Positions 58,203 through 64,000 of a stretch of DNA of 64,000 bases are shown one piece after another. The translations under genes were made by a program, and so were the position numbers. The notes under the pieces were generated by a model, which had not been told where the DNA came from, did no database searches, and was given only the letters and a program-made list of their open reading frames with translations. Where the stretch lies: positions 2,368,001 through 2,432,000 of the forward strand of contig CP170459.1 in NCBI GenBank assembly GCA_047947115.1. Direction: 5' to 3'. Source of the DNA: Verrucomicrobiota bacterium. Lineage in GTDB: Bacteria; Verrucomicrobiota; Verrucomicrobiia; Limisphaerales; AAA164-E04. Every line of letters starts with the position of its first letter. Positions within the stretch are counted from its first letter, which is position 1.

Positions 58203-60116
58203 ATGAATTTGGATTCAAAAATTCCATCGGGGCCACTGGCCAGCAAATGGGAACGACACAAGTTCGATCTCAAACTCGTCGCTCCCGCCAACAAACGCAA
58301 GTTTGAGGTGCTGGTGGTCGGTTCCGGTTTGGCGGGAGCTTCCGCAGCAGCCACGCTGGCTGAGTTGGGATACAAGGTCAAATGTTTCTGCTATCAGGAC
58401 AGCCCCCGGCGCGCACACAGCATTGCCGCCCAGGGTGGGATCAATGCGGCCAAAAATTATCAGAATGACGGCGACAGTGTTCATCGTCTGTTTTATGATA
58501 CTATCAAAGGCGGTGATTTTCGTGCTCGTGAAGCAAACGTGCACCGACTGGCCGAAGTCAGTCGCCAGATCATTGACCAATGCGTGGCTCAAGGCGTTCC
58601 TTTCGCCCGTGAATACAGCGGATACCTGGCAAACCGGTCCTTCGGCGGTGCACAGGTTTCCCGAACTTTTTATGCTCGTGGACAAACGGGGCAACAGCTT
58701 CTTCTTGGTGCCTACCAGGCTCTGAGTCGTCAAATTGGCCTTGGCAACGTTCAGATGTTCCCGCGCACGGAGATGCAGGATCTCGTATTGGTGGATGGCC
58801 ATGCCAAGGGCGTCGTCGTGCGCAACTTGGTCAATGGTGAGATTTCCTCGCATTCCGGTGATGCTGTCATCTTGGCGACCGGCGGTTATTGCCCGGTGTT
58901 TTATCTTTCGACGAACGCGGTGGGTTGTAACGTGACCGCCACCTACCGCGCTCACAAACGAGGGGCTGCCTTTGCGAATCCTTGTTACACGCAGATCCAT
59001 CCGACCTGCATTCCGGTCAGTGGTGATCACCAGTCCAAGTTGACTTTGATGTCCGAGTCGTTGCGCAACGACGGGCGGGTGTGGGTTCCGAAGAAACAAG
59101 GTGACAACCGTAAGTCGTGGGAAATTCCAGAGAACGAACGCGATTATTTCCTTGAGCGCAAATATCCAAGTTTCGGTAATCTGGCTCCACGTGACATTGC
59201 CTCCCGGGCTGCGAAGGAAGCTTGCGATGACGGTCGGGGTGTCGGACCGGGGGGGCTGGGGGTGTTTCTGGATTTTGCGGATTCCATCAAGCGTCTGGGT
59301 GAACCGGCCGTGCGTGAACGGTACGGCAATTTGTTCGACATGTACGAACGAATCACCGGCGAAAATGCTTATAAACAACCCATGCGCATTTTTCCCGCAC
59401 CGCATTACACGATGGGTGGGCTCTGGGTGGATTACAACTTGATGAGCAATATTCCGGGCTTGTTTGTGCTGGGTGAAGCGAACTTCTCAGATCATGGAGC
59501 AAATCGTCTGGGCGCCAGTGCGTTGATGCAAGGATTGGCCGATGGCTATTTCGTGATTCCCTACACCATCGGGCATTATTTCGCCTCCCACAAACAAGCG
59601 CGTCCTTCCACTTCACATGATGCCTTCAAGAGCGTTGAAAATGAAGTGAATCAAAAGATTCAAAAACTGCTTTCCGTCAAAGGCGGTCGCACCATTCGTT
59701 CCATGCACTGGGAACTTGGCCGATTGGTCTGGGAAAAATGTGGTATGGCTCGTGACAAGGCGGGCCTGGAAGAAGCCATCAAGCGGATTCCGCAGTTGCG
59801 GGAGGAATTCTGGCAGAATATCAGTGTTCCAGGCGGAGCAAACGAGATGAATGTGGCTTTGGAACAAGCCTCGCGCGTGGCGGATTTCATGGAGTTTGCC
59901 GAGTTGCTTTGCCGTGACGCGCATCATCGTGAAGAATCCTGTGGCGGTCACTTTCGTACCGAATACCAGACCGAAGACGGTGAAGCGCTGCGCAACGATC
60001 AAGATTTCTCCTACGTGGCCGCCTGGGAACATCAGGGCGTTGACAAAGCTCCGAACCTGCACCGGGAATCGCTGCAATACGAAGAAGTCAAAATGACCCA
60101 AAGGAGTTACAAGTAA
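58203..60116 (+). CDS. sdhA: Succinate dehydrogenase / fumarate reductase flavoprotein
   Basis: [40 protein letters not shown]. Confidence 0.96.
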   Translation: MNLDSKIPSGPLASKWERHKFDLKLVAPANKRKFEVLVVGSGLAGASAAATLAELGYKVKCFCYQDSPRRAHSIAAQGGINAAKNYQNDGDSVHRLFYDTIKGGDFRAREANVHRLAEVSRQIIDQCVAQGVPFAREYSGYLANRSFGGAQVSRTFYARGQTGQQLLLGAYQALSRQIGLGNVQMFPRTEMQDLVLVDGHAKGVVVRNLVNGEISSHSGDAVILATGGYCPVFYLSTNAVGCNVTATYRAHKRGAAFANPCYTQIHPTCIPVSGDHQSKLTLMSESLRNDGRVWVPKKQGDNRKSWEIPENERDYFLERKYPSFGNLAPRDIASRAAKEACDDGRGVGPGGLGVFLDFADSIKRLGEPAVRERYGNLFDMYERITGENAYKQPMRIFPAPHYTMGGLWVDYNLMSNIPGLFVLGEANFSDHGANRLGASALMQGLADGYFVIPYTIGHYFASHKQARPSTSHDAFKSVENEVNQKIQKLLSVKGGRTIRSMHWELGRLVWEKCGMARDKAGLEEAIKRIPQLREEFWQNISVPGGANEMNVALEQASRVADFMEFAELLCRDAHHREESCGGHFRTEYQTEDGEALRNDQDFSYVAAWEHQGVDKAPNLHRESLQYEEVKMTQRSYK

Positions 60117-60874
60117 TGAAACTGACCCTTAAGATTTGGCGACAGAAGAACGGCAACGATGCCGGTGGATTTGTGACATACCAGGCCAACGATGTGAATG
60201 AGAACATGTCGTTCCTCGAGATGTTGGACGTGGTGAATGAGGGCTTGATTGCCGAAGGCAAAGACCCCGTGGCCTTCGATTCCGATTGTCGTGAAGGTAT
60301 CTGCGGAACATGTTCTCTTGTGATCAATGGAGTGCCTCACGGAGGGCAAAAAGCAACGACTGCATGTCAGTTGCACATGCGACATTTTCAGGATGGTCAG
60401 ACCATCACCATCGAACCCTGGCGTGCCAGGCCGTTTCCTGTGGTGCGGGACCTCGTGGTGGATCGTGACGCATTCGACAAGATCATCCAATCCGGTGGCT
60501 TCGTCTCCGCCAGCACCGGTGGAACGCCGGATGCCAATGCCATTCCTATTTCCAAGGATGCTTCGGACGCCGCGATGGATGCAGCTCAATGTATCGGTTG
60601 CGGGGCCTGCGTGGCTGCATGCAAGAACGCTTCCGCCATGTTGTTTGTGTCTGCCAAGGTTTCTCATCTTGGGTTGTTGCCACAGGGGAAGGTTGAGAAG
60701 GATCGCCGGGTTCTGGCCATGGTCAAAACCATGGATGAAGCCGGATTCGGCAATTGCACGGTGACCGGAGCCTGCGAAGCGGTTTGTCCGAAGGAGATCA
60801 GTCTCGACTTTATCTCTCGCCTGAATCGGGATTACGCGACCGCTGTGTTCAAGTCCGCTTGGGGGGCTAAGTAG
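60116..60874 (+). CDS. sdhB: Succinate dehydrogenase Fe-S subunit
   Basis: [37 protein letters not shown] overlap with sdhA. Confidence 0.96.
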   Translation: MKLTLKIWRQKNGNDAGGFVTYQANDVNENMSFLEMLDVVNEGLIAEGKDPVAFDSDCREGICGTCSLVINGVPHGGQKATTACQLHMRHFQDGQTITIEPWRARPFPVVRDLVVDRDAFDKIIQSGGFVSASTGGTPDANAIPISKDASDAAMDAAQCIGCGACVAACKNASAMLFVSAKVSHLGLLPQGKVEKDRRVLAMVKTMDEAGFGNCTVTGACEAVCPKEISLDFISRLNRDYATAVFKSAWGAK

Positions 60875-61201
60875 GTTTGTGGAGTTGATTTAGGCAGCCA
60901 CCGCGGTGGGGGATCTGCGAGACGAACAGGATTTAAAAGATGATTTGCCAGATGCTTTTAGGTGGATTGGCTTGACCTGTTAAAGGGATTTCAGGTTTTT
61001 AGTGGGGCAATAGGTATGGGGGTGTCCAGGGGATAGCTTTTGCAGGGTTAATTGAAGATGGGAGCCCTGAGGTTTGCGCGCCGGGACGCCACCTTCTACC
61101 TGAGGGAGGGACCTCATCGGTCGACCGAATCATCTTGATTCGAAGAAAAATTCACCCTTCACTATTCTCAATTCACCATTTTTATGCGTGAGTGATGGAA
61201 T

Positions 61202-61666
61202 ATGCAGACACCTTGGAACCAAAATGGACTGAATCTGAAGACCTGGATCGCCCGGGAACTGGCGTCATTGGTTTCATTGAACTCCATACAAAAGGCTCGG
61301 GGGCGTGCTTCCTCCATGGTTCACCATTTGTTTCTGTCCACGGTAACCCGTTTCCCTGAACTTTGGTCCATTCGGCGTGATTATTACACACATGCCACCC
61401 AGGAATTGATTGAGATATGGAAACGTCTTCGGCGGGATGGGGGGGCGGATCTAATCGCTTTTGCATGTCCGCCTGACGAGGTGGTTGCTTTGATTCATCA
61501 TCTGGAGGTTGCCTTTCCTGCGGGAGGCCTGCTTTTGCATCTTGCGCGGTTGAAATATTTGTTGGGGCTTGGAGAGGTGGAAATCGCAGAAATAATGGAT
61601 CTCCCGGAACGTTCTGTACGTCGTCAGCTGGCCTTGCTATCCAAGGAATTCTTACAATCGCACTGA
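61202..61666 (+). CDS. Divergent ECF-type sigma-factor-like protein
   Basis: ASSMVHHLFL...W..RRDYY region-2-like segment; C-terminal LKYLLGLGEVEIAEIMDLPERSVRR region-4 HTH. Confidence 0.55.
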   Translation: MQTPWNQNGLNLKTWIARELASLVSLNSIQKARGRASSMVHHLFLSTVTRFPELWSIRRDYYTHATQELIEIWKRLRRDGGADLIAFACPPDEVVALIHHLEVAFPAGGLLLHLARLKYLLGLGEVEIAEIMDLPERSVRRQLALLSKEFLQSH

Positions 61667-62010
61667 GTATTGATTGATGTTTTTAAGGGGGGCGAAGGGG
61701 ATGCATTGATGCGATGGGCATTCTGCTCCGAGTTATCGGAGCTCTGGAAACGGTGCGGATGCACAGGTTGCGGCCAGATTTCACATGATGGTATCGCCCT
61801 CGTGAAGAGCTTTCGTCATGAGTGGAGTACAGTCTTCACCAGCGAGCCACCACGTCAGCCCGGCGTATCCAGAGTGGTAATGACTTGCCGCATTCCAGAT
61901 AAAGCGCTTGGCTAAAATTGATGCCCTGGGAAGTTACAGTTGGCAAACTTGTCATGGGGTTGTATGGATGGAAGATTGCTTCTTTGCCTGCGGGGTATTA
62001 GGATGCGCGC

Positions 62011-63573
62011 ATGAACTTCTCCCATTGGTTTCGTTTGCTTGCGGTGTCATGTTTTTCGATGATGACGTTCGATGTTCATGCTGCGGATCGTCCGAACGTC
62101 GTGTTCATTCTGGCTGATGATTTGGGGTGGCGTGATTTGTCCATTCAGGGCAGCACCTTTTATGAGACTCCCAATATCGACCGTATCGGCCGTGAAGGGA
62201 TGCGATTCAAACAAGGATACGCCACCTGCCAAGTGTGCAGTCCGTCACGTGCAAGCATCATGACAGGGAAATATCCAGCTCGACTGGCAATCACTGATTG
62301 GATAGGTGCAGCCGAAGGAACAGATTGGAAACGCAACACCAAGCTTCTGCCCGCTCATTATCACCACCAGCTTTCCCAGGATGAAACGACCTTGGCTGAG
62401 GCTTTCAAAGAGGGGGGGTACCGGACATTCTTTGCCGGTAAATGGCATTTGGGGGGTGAGGGTAGTTTTCCGGAGGATCATGGATTCGATATCAATGTTG
62501 GCGGTCATTACAGAGGATCGCCTCCCGGTGGCTTTTTTTCACCTTACAGCAATCCCAAAATGGAATCTGGCCCCAATGGGGAGTATCTGCCTTTGAGACT
62601 TGGGAAAGAAACGTCCAAATTCATCGAGGAACATAAGGACGAACCCTTCCTGGCTTATCTTTCCTTTTACATGGTGCATGCTCCATTGGAGACGACGCAA
62701 TCCCTGTGGTCAAAATACCGGGACAAAGCATCGCGACAACCCAAACCGGATCATCGTTTTGTCATTGATCGCACGTCGCCCGTTCGTCAGGTGCAGGACA
62801 ATCCTGTTTACGGAGGTATGGTGGAAGCCATGGATCAAGCTGTTGGAATGGTTTTGGAAACACTGGATCGTCTGGGCCTGGCTGACAACACGATCGTGGT
62901 GTTCACATCCGACAATGGAGGTGTGTCAGCGGGTGACGGCAAGGCTACTTCCAATCTACCGTTGCGTGGAGGCAAAGGTCGCCAGTGGGAAGGTGGTATC
63001 CGCGAACCTTACTTCATCAAATGGCCCGGAGTTGTTGCAGGCAACTCCGCCAGCGATGTTCCTGCTATTGGAACTGATTTCTATCCGACCTTGATGGAAA
63101 TGGTGAGGCTGCCTTTGCGTCCGGAACAACATGTGGACGGAGTCAGTTTGGTCCCAGTGCTGAAAGGTGGAACGATAAAGAAACGTCCCTTGTTTTGGCA
63201 TTATCCGCACTACGGAAATCAGGGTGGTGAACCTTCCTCCATCATGCGTGAAGGGGATTGGAAACTCATTTTTTATCATGAGGACGGTCGATGCGAATTG
63301 TATCATCTGTCCAATGATCCCGGGGAGCAGAACGATTTGTCTTCTGAAAATAAGGAACGCGTCACGGAGATGTTTGAAAAGTTGGTGGCATGGATGCAAT
63401 CGACGGACGCTCGCATGCCCTATCTCAATCCCGCGTTCAGCGAAGAGCAAGCCCGCAATGACCGATTGAGAACCCGAACCCACACCTTGCCCTCGCTGGA
63501 ACGGCAGCATGCAGCCATCCTGGAACCAGACTGGGTGCCGGGTGGTGGTTGGTGGGAAAAGCGTGGGCGTTGA
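62011..63573 (+). CDS. Sulfatase (Cys/FGly type), secreted
   Basis: Signal peptide; PNVVFILADD, CSPSRASIMTG, GKWHLG, SDNGG, GGKG..WEGGIR. Confidence 0.94.
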   Translation: MNFSHWFRLLAVSCFSMMTFDVHAADRPNVVFILADDLGWRDLSIQGSTFYETPNIDRIGREGMRFKQGYATCQVCSPSRASIMTGKYPARLAITDWIGAAEGTDWKRNTKLLPAHYHHQLSQDETTLAEAFKEGGYRTFFAGKWHLGGEGSFPEDHGFDINVGGHYRGSPPGGFFSPYSNPKMESGPNGEYLPLRLGKETSKFIEEHKDEPFLAYLSFYMVHAPLETTQSLWSKYRDKASRQPKPDHRFVIDRTSPVRQVQDNPVYGGMVEAMDQAVGMVLETLDRLGLADNTIVVFTSDNGGVSAGDGKATSNLPLRGGKGRQWEGGIREPYFIKWPGVVAGNSASDVPAIGTDFYPTLMEMVRLPLRPEQHVDGVSLVPVLKGGTIKKRPLFWHYPHYGNQGGEPSSIMREGDWKLIFYHEDGRCELYHLSNDPGEQNDLSSENKERVTEMFEKLVAWMQSTDARMPYLNPAFSEEQARNDRLRTRTHTLPSLERQHAAILEPDWVPGGGWWEKRGR

Positions 63574-63600
63574 TCCGTCTTTTACTTCGTCCTGAGATGC

Positions 63601-64000
63601 TCAGGGCTTGTCCGCAATCGGAACAAGCCTGATCTGTCGAACGTCCATGACCGCGCCGCCGGCCTTCTTTACGGGGATGAGATCAAGCCGATATCGATCG
63701 GGGTGGGGGAATTGAGTTTCTCCGACAAAACGAGGCACGAAATGTTGAAAGTGTCCGGTATCTTCCACCAGGAACGGAATCGTTGATTCATGAACCTTGA
63801 TGTTCATGTGGCTTCCTCCATGCCCTGTTCCACAGCCTTGCAGGATTTCAATGGCGTATCGACCCGGGCGCAACAATTCAAATTCCCAGGAGGGATAATC
63901 TGTTTCATGAATCCAATAACCGACCGTGTTTTTGTGCGGGAGAGGCTCGTATTGAAGCTTCGTTCCGTGAACGGTGACATCCCTCGCATGCAAAAGGATC
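63601..64000 (-). CDS. C-terminal carbohydrate-binding-like jellyroll domain (partial gene)
   Basis: Open to the window end; NTVGYW...WEF...QGCG.GHGGS...DTGHFQHF...VMDVRQIRL. Confidence 0.7.
   Translation of the reverse strand, partial: ILLHARDVTVHGTKLQYEPLPHKNTVGYWIHETDYPSWEFELLRPGRYAIEILQGCGTGHGGSHMNIKVHESTIPFLVEDTGHFQHFVPRFVGETQFPHPDRYRLDLIPVKKAGGAVMDVRQIRLVPIADKP

Noticed and set aside
58215..59405. 396-aa minus-strand ORF
   Set aside because: Antisense shadow of sdhA.
61055..61140. Possible riboswitch upstream of the ECF-like gene (AAGATG/CATCTT and TGAGGT/ACCTCA pairings)
   Set aside because: Only short helices and no recognisable aptamer consensus; compatible with chance.

Overview
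Bacterial chromosomal window. The gene repertoire (DUF1501, several H-X9-DG prepilin-like proteins, sulfatases, PEP-CTERM, FG-GAP/ASPIC-UnbV and LamG giants) suggests a Verrucomicrobiota/PVC organism; this is inference. Left to right: (i) a minus-strand type II secretion operon (gspE-F-G-H-I-J-[accessory]-K-L-M-C-like) whose accessory zinc-ribbon membrane gene is split by a complete 1532-bp ISL3 element with an 8-bp target duplication; (ii) housekeeping genes (kdsD, clpP, recR-ybaB-dnaX, ggt, RsmB-type methyltransferase, tRNA-Pro); (iii) accessory transport, signalling and secreted-protein genes, including a LamG-repeat giant plus pseudopilin divergent from an AraC-PAS regulator and two FG-GAP/ASPIC proteins; (iv) sulfatases, nnr and sdhCAB. 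The most notable signals are absent from the ORF track: two small genes with an in-frame TGA followed by a bacterial SECIS-like hairpin with an apical GGUC. One is a SelW/Rdx-type CxxU selenoprotein (36684-36923). The other is a candidate single-pass membrane selenoprotein with a U-x4-C motif (18661-18876) that I cannot assign to a family. Also seen: two homopolymer frameshifts, several structured non-coding segments and a decayed PEP-CTERM gene. All family calls come from motif recognition by eye; no searches were run.
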